Of a stretch of DNA of 64,000 nt, positions 1 to 7,309 are shown piece after piece. Made by a program: the position numbers and the translations under genes. The first letter of the stretch is position 1. The number at the start of each line of letters is the position of its first letter. The notes under the pieces are model-generated. The model saw nothing but the letters and a program-made list of their open reading frames with translations, was not told the DNA's origin and made no database searches. The DNA lies in IMG/VR virus record IMGVR_UViG_3300050505_000370. One strand, given 5' to 3'. Origin of the DNA: a virus.

Positions 1-46
1 AATGTATAGTCTCCGCAATCATCAGAGGAGAAGAGATCACCTATAA

Positions 47-79
47 GGTAGACCCCTCCCTTTAGGGGTCTACCTTTTT
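47..79 (+). terminator. Rho-independent terminator-like hairpin
   Basis: Perfect 11-bp stem GGTAGACCCCT (47-57) / AGGGGTCTACC (64-74), 6-nt loop, followed by TTTTT (75-79). An open frame entering from the left edge stops at 63-65. Confidence 0.6.
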
Positions 80-90
80 AGGCTTTCTAT

Positions 91-101
91 CCCCCCCCCC
101 C
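91..101. repeat. C11 homopolymer (G11 on - strand) abutting the stop codon of ORF 101-310
   Basis: Eleven consecutive C read directly at 91-101. Confidence 0.9.
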
Positions 102-310
102 TATTTAATCGGCCTTAGTTCGTATATCCCCCTTCCAACCTTTCCCCCTTCCAAATCAATTGAATAACCATATATCAGGTTATTCTGGAATACCAGAATA
201 GCAGTCTCTTTAGGGAATGCCCCTACTCCCGCTGCTCTGGTATACTTCTTTCGTCCATTCTCCCCCTGCTCTACCTTAAACAGAGAGTATAGCCTTTGGT
301 TTGGCATCAT
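101..310 (-). CDS. hypothetical protein (69 aa)
   Basis: ORF with AAAGGGGGGA Shine-Dalgarno-like run directly upstream of ATG; same strand as neighbour 489-905. Confidence 0.5.
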   Translation of the reverse strand: MMPNQRLYSLFKVEQGENGRKKYTRAAGVGAFPKETAILVFQNNLIYGYSIDLEGGKVGRGIYELRPIK

Positions 311-488
311 TCCCCCCTTTCAATTGCTGCCCTTGTGGGCGACCTTCCAGCCTTGCGAGGGTAACCATACCCTCGCTCCCCCAAAAATGCGTCTGTGGTC
401 AAATACGTTCGATTATGAGTGGGTTTGAAAAGAGTCAAGGGGGAGCCGATGCTCCCCCTTGATTTTGGTCGGTGAGTGGGAAGTGGGT

Positions 489-905
489 TTACTGCTTTGG
501 AGTAGTTGGAGGCTTAACCCAACTAAGCTTTTCTTTGTTCGACGCGATAAACTCCATAAGCTTATCTTCTGCGTTATACAGGCACTCAAGGGTAGTCGCA
601 TAGAGTGACATCCCAAATTGCTTATTGGCCCCCGGTATACCTTGGAAATGGATTTGCCCCTTCTCTCCGATATACACTCTAAACTCCCGATCTACTTCTT
701 TCCCCTCTTTATCCTTCCCTTTGTAGGGTACCAACATTTCCCCCGGTTTGGCTACCCTTGCTACCATCGTTCCATTACTCCCCACAGTCACGTTAAGGCT
801 ACTCATTCCAGCCCAAAACCCCTTCTCTTCCTCAGAGGTAAGCTTAAGGTCGGTGAAGGACTTTCCTGCTTTAACAGCGGCTTGTATCTCGATAAATGTT
901 CTCAT
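489..905 (-). CDS. hypothetical protein (138 aa)
   Basis: ORF with AAGGGGAA upstream of ATG; downstream of the predicted - strand promoter at 1133-1162. Confidence 0.6.
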   Translation of the reverse strand: MRTFIEIQAAVKAGKSFTDLKLTSEEEKGFWAGMSSLNVTVGSNGTMVARVAKPGEMLVPYKGKDKEGKEVDREFRVYIGEKGQIHFQGIPGANKQFGMSLYATTLECLYNAEDKLMEFIASNKEKLSWVKPPTTPKQ

Positions 906-1132
906 TTCGTTCCCCTTATCCTCGGCCTAACTAACCTAGTGTGTGCCCTTTGGGGCATCTTACCTTGACTCTACCCAAAGGGCTTGAGAATGGTAAGCTT
1001 GCTTGACTTAGGTTAAAGGCTATTCAACTATCAATGACCACACTCTAGGGTGTAATCTGCGGGAAATTGGGGGGAAGGTCGATTGACCGTCGCTTGACTG
1101 TCCGTTCCCTTCCCTGTAATCCGACGATGCAC

Positions 1133-1162
1133 ATCCTAGCATCGTTGCTTCATTCCTGTCAA
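1133..1162 (-). promoter_or_regulatory. sigma70-like promoter, TTGACA-N18-TAGGAT (read on - strand)
   Basis: -35 = 1162-1157, -10 = 1138-1133. A 7-bp inverted repeat ACGATGC/GCATCGT (1124-1130 / 1139-1145) brackets the -10. Shares a 16-mer with the promoter at 56834-56863. Confidence 0.5.
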
Positions 1163-1509
1163 GCAAATTCTCCTAACCTACTCATTCTAGAGGCTATAAT
1201 GGTAGAGGTAGAGGCTATGTTGGGATGGTCAGGCCCTAGGATAGGATGTATTGTCTAGGGGGTAGGGGGTGGACTCATTCCTCCACCTTAACCTCATCTA
1301 CCAATTTTTTCTCCAAAATTTTTTACTTGGGGGTAAAGGGGGGTGTCATAGTCCCTTGACTTCCCCAACTAATCCCCAGTCTGTACCCTCTCCCTTTCCC
1401 TTCTACCCCTTTGGGGGATTTTATAAGGGTAATAACTCCCCCTTTAAGTATATAAGGTAGGGGCTTTTAAGGGGGAGAAAAGGGGAAGAAAAGGAGATGA
1501 AGAAAGTGC

Positions 1510-1539
1510 TTGACATCCCTCCCCTCCCTCCCTTACAAT
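1510..1539 (+). promoter_or_regulatory. sigma70-like promoter, TTGACA-N18-TACAAT
   Basis: -35 at 1510-1515, -10 at 1534-1539, about 165 nt upstream of the first + strand ORF (1702). Confidence 0.55.
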
Positions 1540-1541
1540 CC

Positions 1542-1582
1542 CTCTTGCAAAGGGGAGGAGGTCGGTGGTGGGGCTCTTGCAA
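1542..1582 (+). promoter_or_regulatory. Two copies of CTCTTGCAA (palindromic core TTGCAA) 32 nt apart, operator-like
   Basis: Copies at 1542-1550 and 1574-1582, starting at about +1 of the 1510 promoter. Confidence 0.35.
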
Positions 1583-1701
1583 GTACCAAGTCTGCTTTTC
1601 CTAGAAAGCCCGCTCCGAGGTAGCCTCCTTCCCCCTTTTTCCCACCATGGGAAGAAGGAAAGGAAGATAAAGAGGAAGACTAGAAAGAAAGGGGATTCCA
1701 A

Positions 1702-1971
1702 ATGTTCGAACCAGTCTATGAACGTTTCTTAACCATTCGGCACATCGAAGCTTCTTCTTCCCTTAGGGAGAATGAAGAGGGGGTGGTGGTGGATTGTACT
1801 AGGGAGGTAGTTGACACCTATAATTGGCATAGCCAAGGGGAGAAGAGTGACGTGGATATAAGCCTTCATTTCTCTGAGTTTACCTCAGGGTTTAAGGTGG
1901 GGGATAAGATTAGGGTGGTGGTGGGGTTGGTGGAAAGGAAGGAAGAAGGAAGGGAGGCTAAGAAGAAATGA
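1702..1971 (+). CDS. hypothetical protein (89 aa)
   Basis: ORF with AAAGGGGA upstream; first gene of the + arm. Confidence 0.55.
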   Translation: MFEPVYERFLTIRHIEASSSLRENEEGVVVDCTREVVDTYNWHSQGEKSDVDISLHFSEFTSGFKVGDKIRVVVGLVERKEEGREAKKK

Positions 1972-2357
1972 AAAGAATCTATGAGAGCTTCTCAGAGGTA
2001 GCGGAGGACTTCGTTGATGGTGACTCCGTTACCCATAAAAACCTCCCCCACAAATCAGACCCTTGCTTATCCTGGCAAGATGGGGTGAAGGACTTTGCGG
2101 AGGTCCTAGACCTTACCCTTAAGGCCTTTTCCAAGAAGGGGAATCTGATAGTGGAGATAGACCTTTCCCACCTAGCCTTCTATGAGACTTTTTGGTTGGC
2201 TGCTAGGGAGTGGAGATCGTTGAAGGATAAGGAGATAACCATTCCCTCGACCTTCTCCTTTGACCCCTACAAGGACCCTCCCAAACAAGCCTCTATATAT
2301 AAAGGATACGATGAGGGTGACAAGCCATTGGAGGGGGAGAAACCTCTTGACCCCTAA
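1968..2357 (+). CDS. hypothetical protein (129 aa)
   Basis: ATGA start/stop overlap with the previous ORF. Confidence 0.6.
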   Translation: MKRIYESFSEVAEDFVDGDSVTHKNLPHKSDPCLSWQDGVKDFAEVLDLTLKAFSKKGNLIVEIDLSHLAFYETFWLAAREWRSLKDKEITIPSTFSFDPYKDPPKQASIYKGYDEGDKPLEGEKPLDP

Positions 2358-2412
2358 GGTCAATCTATGCTAGGCTTGGCCTTTCCAAAAGCTTCAACAA
2401 TTTAGATCGCAA

Positions 2413-2485
2413 GGGGGCCGAATGCTTTAGGGAGTACATCAACTTTAGGTGCTGACAAGTCCTCTCTATACCCTAGTCGGCCCCC
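2413..2485 (+). repeat. 9-bp perfect inverted repeat GGGGGCCGA / TCGGCCCCC with 55-nt spacer, followed by TTTCCTT
   Basis: Arms at 2413-2421 and 2477-2485, in the 144-nt gap between ORFs 1968-2357 and 2502-2699. Confidence 0.6.
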
Positions 2486-2501
2486 TTTCCTTAGAGGATA
2501 A

Positions 2502-2699
2502 ATGGAAGAAGATCAACCTTATCACTTCTACTCCCCTGCCGAACTCCTCCAAAAAGCGGAGGACTATGAGACCCTTTTGGAGGAAGCTAAGAGGCAACCT
2601 AATAATGAGATAGCTACTAAGGCTTTTGCCAACCTCTCCATCTATTTCAGAACCTTATGCTTTGCTCGACTCAAAGTTGAACCAATGCAACCGACCTAA
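2502..2699 (+). CDS. hypothetical protein (65 aa)
   Basis: ORF with AGAGGA upstream. Confidence 0.5.
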   Translation: MEEDQPYHFYSPAELLQKAEDYETLLEEAKRQPNNEIATKAFANLSIYFRTLCFARLKVEPMQPT

Positions 2700-2723
2700 C
2701 CCATCCAAAAAGGAGATTTCCCA

Positions 2724-3188
2724 ATGGCAGATGACACCCCTAAGGCAGCACCTCCCCCCTCCCCCGCTTCTAAAGCTCCTCCTTCTCCAAAGGTAGAGGC
2801 TTCTAAAGTGGAGGAGAAGGTAGAGGAAAAGGTAGCCCCCCAGGACTCCACCCTCTCTGAAGTAAAGGGAGAGGACCAAACCCCCAAACCCACCTCTGAC
2901 ACCGCGGGAGTGGAAGCCCTCCAGGATTCCCCCCAAAAGGTCATGTTCGTGGTAGATCGAGATACCAAGGTGGAATGTGAGGTTCTCCCAGAAGAAGGAA
3001 GGGAGTGGAATGGGGTAGATGGGTCAATCCACCTCAGGGCATATATAGATGGGATGAACAGGGACTTCTATAATGTCCGCTTTGATGCAGGGGGGAAGGA
3101 GCCGGGCACCTACCATATAGTGGAGGAGAAGAAGAAGGTGGCAGCAACAGCAGCAACAGCGGCGGCCCCTTCCTCAGTCGAAGGTTAA
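2724..3188 (+). CDS. hypothetical protein (154 aa), Pro/Lys/Ala-rich N-terminus
   Basis: ORF with AAAGGAG upstream. Confidence 0.6.
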   Translation: MADDTPKAAPPPSPASKAPPSPKVEASKVEEKVEEKVAPQDSTLSEVKGEDQTPKPTSDTAGVEALQDSPQKVMFVVDRDTKVECEVLPEEGREWNGVDGSIHLRAYIDGMNRDFYNVRFDAGGKEPGTYHIVEEKKKVAATAATAAAPSSVEG

Positions 3189-3256
3189 AAGGCCTCAGAA
3201 GGGCCTCTATTAATAAAGGATACAACCTTAGCCCTTTGGGACTAATAAGGAGAGTT

Positions 3257-3511
3257 ATGGCAGAACTAAGCCCCCTACAGCAGAAACAACTCGAAGAGTA
3301 TTTCACCTATCACCCTCCAACCTCTGACCAACTCCCTCGCTATGAAGCTATTAGAGGGGCTGCAAAGGAGTTTGCCCACGTCCTCCTAGCCAATACTCCT
3401 CCTTCTGCTGACCAATCAGCTTCTTTAAGGCTCTTAAGGGAAGCGGTTATGACTGCCAACGCTTCTATTGCTTTGGAGGGATGTGAGGCGGTTAATCCCC
3501 CAAGGAGATAG
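3257..3511 (+). CDS. conserved small phage protein; candidate N4 gp49 / Sf6 gp66-type (Acb2-like) protein
   Basis: Start moved to ATG 3257 (AAGGAGAG upstream). Motif string FTYHPP..Q.PRYEAIRGAAKEFA..L....PPS...S.SL..LREAVM.ANASIAL matches a widespread phage family as I remember it. Confidence 0.45.
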   Translation: MAELSPLQQKQLEEYFTYHPPTSDQLPRYEAIRGAAKEFAHVLLANTPPSADQSASLRLLREAVMTANASIALEGCEAVNPPRR

Positions 3512-3612
3512 GGAGAGGGAAGAAGGAGGAAGGGAGATAGGTGAGTAAGAACTTCTCCTCCTTAGATGCCAAGAGTTACTCACATCAACTTATCAAAATG
3601 GAGGTCTTCTTT

Positions 3613-4035
3613 ATGTCACAGCAACAAGGAATAGTCCTAGTTCTCAACCAACAAGGGGAAGTGGTTAGGGGGTTAGTCTACAGGGAGAGCCCTGATGGAA
3701 GCTTCACCCCTGATGGCTACCCTCGCCTAGATGTCCTAATCCCCACCGTCAATAGCCAAACAAGGGAAGTTACCTTCTTTGCGGCGGATAAACTCAGCCA
3801 TGTGGTGGAGTATGTGCTTTTGGGGGAAAACACCTCTAACTTGGGGGCGAGGGAGAGGGAGGCCCTTACCCATAAGCCAGAGGGGGAAGAGGTTACTCAG
3901 GTGGTTGATGAAGGCCAAGGGGCTAACACTAACCCCCTTACCCCACCTACCCCAGCCCCTCAGTCTACTGGGGCTAAGGCTCCTGAAGAGGAGACCCACC
4001 CCCATAAGGATAAGCACCATAAGGGGGTAGAGTAG
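3613..4035 (+). CDS. hypothetical protein (140 aa)
   Basis: Start chosen at ATG 3613 (GGAGG 8 nt upstream) rather than GTG 3541. Confidence 0.55.
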   Translation: MSQQQGIVLVLNQQGEVVRGLVYRESPDGSFTPDGYPRLDVLIPTVNSQTREVTFFAADKLSHVVEYVLLGENTSNLGAREREALTHKPEGEEVTQVVDEGQGANTNPLTPPTPAPQSTGAKAPEEETHPHKDKHHKGVE

Positions 4036-4833
4036 ATGTCAACCCACCCACGCCAAATAACCTCCCCTGCTACCCACCTCTCCCCTCTCCCCCCAGAATC
4101 CCCCCTCTTTGAGGTAGGCCAAGAGATAGCCTATATCTATAACAAAGAGGATGTGGTGCCGGGGGTAGTTAAGGCCGTTAATGACGAGGGGGATGGCTAC
4201 TTCACCTACGACCTCGAATGCTTTATCCCCTCCATCTCCTCCCGCATTAAATGGAAGGGCAGTAAGGCTTATAAGAGGAAGGACTCCGCTGAGTTGCAGC
4301 CTAGGTCCTTCCTTAGGGCAAGGGCTTCTGATCCCCGCTCTACCTTCATCAAGGTAGCCCAGGAGATCCCCAACCCAGTCAAAGGCCAAGAGGGAATCTA
4401 CCAAACCCACACAACTATCTTTATCGAGGCCCCCCGAAAGTCCAGGGTCCCAAGCATGGGGGAATTCCATACCTCCCTAATCGGCACCTTCTTTGACCCC
4501 TCCCTCTTCTTCTACAAAGTCTTCTGCTGGAGAGCAGAGAGGCAGGTTGAGAAGGAGACTTTCCCCGCTGAAACCCTCCTTTTTCCTCTCCCTAAAGAGG
4601 GTGAAACAGAGGGGATATATAGGGACTTCAAAAAGGCCTTCTCTCGCTACTTCAAGGAATACCACCAGGGGAGGAAGAGGTCAGAAACTAAGTGGAATAA
4701 GGTAACCATCCAAGCCTTCCTCCCTCCTTCCCTTCCCCTTATGAGAGAAGCAACAGAGGAAGAGGAAGAGACAGAGAAGCAGAGGCGGATAAGGGAGGCT
4801 AGGGAGTTCCTTGCTTCGGAGGGAGCCCTTTAG
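4036..4833 (+). CDS. hypothetical protein (265 aa)
   Basis: ORF starts directly after the previous stop codon. Confidence 0.6.
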   Translation: MSTHPRQITSPATHLSPLPPESPLFEVGQEIAYIYNKEDVVPGVVKAVNDEGDGYFTYDLECFIPSISSRIKWKGSKAYKRKDSAELQPRSFLRARASDPRSTFIKVAQEIPNPVKGQEGIYQTHTTIFIEAPRKSRVPSMGEFHTSLIGTFFDPSLFFYKVFCWRAERQVEKETFPAETLLFPLPKEGETEGIYRDFKKAFSRYFKEYHQGRKRSETKWNKVTIQAFLPPSLPLMREATEEEEETEKQRRIREAREFLASEGAL

Positions 4834-4843
4834 GAGGAAAGTT

Positions 4844-5179
4844 ATGGCTAAACCAATCTCCCCCGTTATCCCAGGTCAACCAGAGATAGTTTGGGCAAAA
4901 AACCAACCTCCCTACATCCCCCTCCCCTCCTATCGCTACTCCGATGGGGTAGTGGTTAGTAGGTGGGGGTTTTCTTGGAGGGAAATTTTCCAGATCATTT
5001 GGACCCGCAGCATCTACGTCCACCAAATGACCTTTAACCAAGCCCTTCAACCAATCAAAGTCACTTCCTCTCCCCCTCTCCCTGAACAACCAACTCTGTC
5101 TACCCCTCCCATAGATGTGATAGGTAGGCACCTAACCGCTGAAGCTCAAAAAGCCTCAGCAACCTTGGAGGAAGCATAA
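4844..5179 (+). CDS. conserved hypothetical phage protein (111 aa)
   Basis: Start at ATG 4844 (TAGGAGG upstream). The pattern VWAKNQPPYIPLP...VVSRW.FSWRE...TFNQALQPIKV resembles a family common in phages, function unknown. Confidence 0.55.
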   Translation: MAKPISPVIPGQPEIVWAKNQPPYIPLPSYRYSDGVVVSRWGFSWREIFQIIWTRSIYVHQMTFNQALQPIKVTSSPPLPEQPTLSTPPIDVIGRHLTAEAQKASATLEEA

Positions 5180-5394
5180 TGGGAAAGAACTGGAAAACCA
5201 CCCTTGCAGGAGCAGGCTTCGGCGTCCTCAACCTCTTCGTCGGTGGGGGCTTCACTACCCCTGAAGGAAAGATAAATTGGCAATCCCTTCTCCTTAGCGC
5301 AGGCATGATAACAATGGGGGCCTTTGCCAAAGACAACAACGTCACAGGTGGGACAGTCGCCCAACCCACCACAGTTATCCCCAAAATAACCTAA
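5179..5394 (+). CDS. small membrane protein, holin-like family (71 aa)
   Basis: MGKNWKTTLAGAG..., two hydrophobic segments and a FAKDNNVTGG motif. TAATG junction with the previous gene. Confidence 0.45.
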   Translation: MGKNWKTTLAGAGFGVLNLFVGGGFTTPEGKINWQSLLLSAGMITMGAFAKDNNVTGGTVAQPTTVIPKIT

Positions 5395-5406
5395 GGAGGC
5401 CTTAAA

Positions 5407-5616
5407 ATGAGTCAATGTTTCACCTGTAACTCCCCTGAGTTCACCCTTGACACAACCTCAGGAGTGATGACCTGTGAGAACGGCCATCAGAACTACATAG
5501 GTGCCCCTGACCACTACTCCTCCACCAAAGAGATCGACATCCCTTGCAAGGTGGACAGCATGAAGGGGAATACCTCCCCCACCAACGCAATAGCAGGGGA
5601 AGTAAAGAAGAGGTAA
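5407..5616 (+). CDS. hypothetical Cys-containing protein (69 aa)
   Basis: ORF in a tight array; CFTC...C..GH pattern. Confidence 0.5.
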   Translation: MSQCFTCNSPEFTLDTTSGVMTCENGHQNYIGAPDHYSSTKEIDIPCKVDSMKGNTSPTNAIAGEVKKR

Positions 5617-5630
5617 GGGGGAGGTGGGGG

Positions 5631-5825
5631 ATGGCTGAAGAAGGAAAATCCAATTGGATAGCAGGAGCTATCAAGCACAAGGGGGCTCTCCATAGGGAGC
5701 TAGGGGTCCCTGAGGGGAGGAAGATCCCTGCCTCCAAAATAAGAGAGGCTGCCTCTAAGGGAGGGACCTTAGGGAGAAGGGCTAGATTAGCTCAAACCCT
5801 AGGGAAGATGAGGAAGAAAAGGTAG
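5631..5825 (+). CDS. conserved small basic phage protein (64 aa)
   Basis: Start at ATG 5631 (GGGGGAGGTGGGGG upstream). Reads IKHKGALHRELGVPEGRKIPASKIREAASKGGTLGRRARLAQTL. Confidence 0.5.
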   Translation: MAEEGKSNWIAGAIKHKGALHRELGVPEGRKIPASKIREAASKGGTLGRRARLAQTLGKMRKKR

Positions 5826-5827
5826 GG

Positions 5828-6103
5828 ATGTTCCTTAAACTCCTAAAGGCCTTCGTTAAAATCTACTCTGAGGTTCGCCGCATAAGGGAGATCCTCGAAC
5901 TTGTCTACTCTCAGGAGATAGAAAGGGGGGAATTCATAAAGAGGTATAGCAAGAAGCCTCTCCCCCCTGCTTGGGCTGAAGTAACCTATAGGCCCCCCAA
6001 AAGAGATGAGTATGATGAGATAGAGAAAGCCCTTGAGATGGAAGAGGATGAGATAGGGATTGCCCTTGAGGACTATAAGGAGGAGGAAGAGGTTGATCTA
6101 TGA
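5828..6103 (+). CDS. hypothetical acidic protein (91 aa)
   Basis: ORF in a tight array. Confidence 0.55.
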   Translation: MFLKLLKAFVKIYSEVRRIREILELVYSQEIERGEFIKRYSKKPLPPAWAEVTYRPPKRDEYDEIEKALEMEEDEIGIALEDYKEEEEVDL

Positions 6104-6975
6104 TGGATGAAGAAGGAGGTATGCAAAATGATGGGGTTAATTCTAGTGGGGATTCTCCTGATCCTTCTGCCCTCTTTGCCGCTATTAAAGAGAAGGCTGC
6201 TTCCAAGGCTTCAGGGGCAAAAGGGGGGAAAAGTAAGCCGGAGCCGAAGAAGAAGCCAGATGTACGGGCGCTATCGAAATTAACATTACCCTTAACTTTG
6301 AATCAATACTTCGGCCAATACATCCCCAACATCCAAAACTGCCTTATCTTCCTAGAGAGATTCGTAGGGGATGATGAGACAGTTGCGAAGGTGATTAAAA
6401 CCTGGAGGAAGGTCAACAAAACCACCCACCTCTCCGACAGCTTAGACCTAGACAAACTAGCTTCTGAAAGTGGGATCTCCAAGGGAGAATTTCGCCGCAT
6501 GATAATCAACGCCCTAGACCTTCTAGGCGACGAAGAAGCCATGATGATGCTTCGCCTCAACAAGACCAACCTTATCCAAAAGTCCATAGAGGTAGCCCTT
6601 AGCGACGACGACCCCAACTCCTACCTAGAAAGGGGGAAGCTTTTGGAGTTCTATGGCTTCCGCCTTATCCCCAAGGGAGCACAGGTTAGCATCAACGTAG
6701 ACAAATCTACTAATATTGCCAACTCCAACAACACTGCCACCCTCAACGTTGGCCTCCCTTCCTTCTCTTCCTCCATCGCTGAAACAGAGAAGGTAGTTGC
6801 TTCCGCTATGCAGGAGGTTATAGAGGAGTCACAAGGACAGGAAGAAATAGATATAGAGGGGGTAGTGGTAGAGGAAGGGCAAGAAGGGCAAGAAGGGCAA
6901 AAGCTCCTCCCTGAACCCTCCTCCTTTCTCGACCTAGTAACCCAAACTGAAGGAGTAGAGTTGAAAAATGCCTAA
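6100..6975 (+). CDS. hypothetical protein; possible terminase small subunit / DNA-binding protein
   Basis: Lies two genes upstream of terminase large subunit. HTH-like stretch LDKLASESGISKGEFRRMI. The call rests on position only. Confidence 0.3.
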   Translation: MMDEEGGMQNDGVNSSGDSPDPSALFAAIKEKAASKASGAKGGKSKPEPKKKPDVRALSKLTLPLTLNQYFGQYIPNIQNCLIFLERFVGDDETVAKVIKTWRKVNKTTHLSDSLDLDKLASESGISKGEFRRMIINALDLLGDEEAMMMLRLNKTNLIQKSIEVALSDDDPNSYLERGKLLEFYGFRLIPKGAQVSINVDKSTNIANSNNTATLNVGLPSFSSSIAETEKVVASAMQEVIEESQGQEEIDIEGVVVEEGQEGQEGQKLLPEPSSFLDLVTQTEGVELKNA

Positions 6976-7288
6976 TCCCCCCAATGGTTCCAATAACCCC
7001 AACGGCCCAAACTTCCCCACAAAGGTAATAGGAAAGTGTGTTCAGTGCCAAACCCCCATCTCTACCCCCTTCCCTCCCCTAGTAACCTTCAACTCCCCCA
7101 CAGTCTCCTCTATCCTAGTCCCCCACCCAAAGGGGGCAACCTGCCCAAAATGTAACCTATGGCATATGATTATCATCAACGCCCCTGCTTGCTCCATTGC
7201 CCTAGCTCTCCTCCCTGCTGAGAAGCCAACCCTTAATGATGATAACTTAATCGAAGAGGTGAAATCCCTCCCCTCCATTATTCAATAA
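6968..7288 (+). CDS. hypothetical zinc-ribbon protein (106 aa)
   Basis: CVQC ... CPKC pairs; 8-nt overlap with the previous ORF. Confidence 0.5.
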   Translation: MPNPPNGSNNPNGPNFPTKVIGKCVQCQTPISTPFPPLVTFNSPTVSSILVPHPKGATCPKCNLWHMIIINAPACSIALALLPAEKPTLNDDNLIEEVKSLPSIIQ

Positions 7289-7309
7289 CCCTAATGACCC
7301 CCAAAGAAG

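Noticed and set aside
1-65. Partial + strand ORF entering from the left edge (…SAIIRGEEITYKVDPSL, stop at 63-65)
   Set aside because: It is too short to judge. I mention it only because the + strand terminator at 47-79 implies a + strand transcript ends here.
1067-1701. Three track ORFs (1067-1258 +, 1269-1460 +, 1444-1701 -) in the divergent control region
   Set aside because: They have no Shine-Dalgarno sequences and their products are low-complexity. The region is dense in promoter-like hexamers and repeats, so it is better explained as regulatory DNA.
2418-2426. 9-mer GCCGAATGC shared between 2418-2426 and 56821-56829
   Set aside because: A single 9-mer match between two sites in 64 kb on two strands is expected by chance. 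Unlike the 16-mer at 1155/56856, there is no surrounding similarity.
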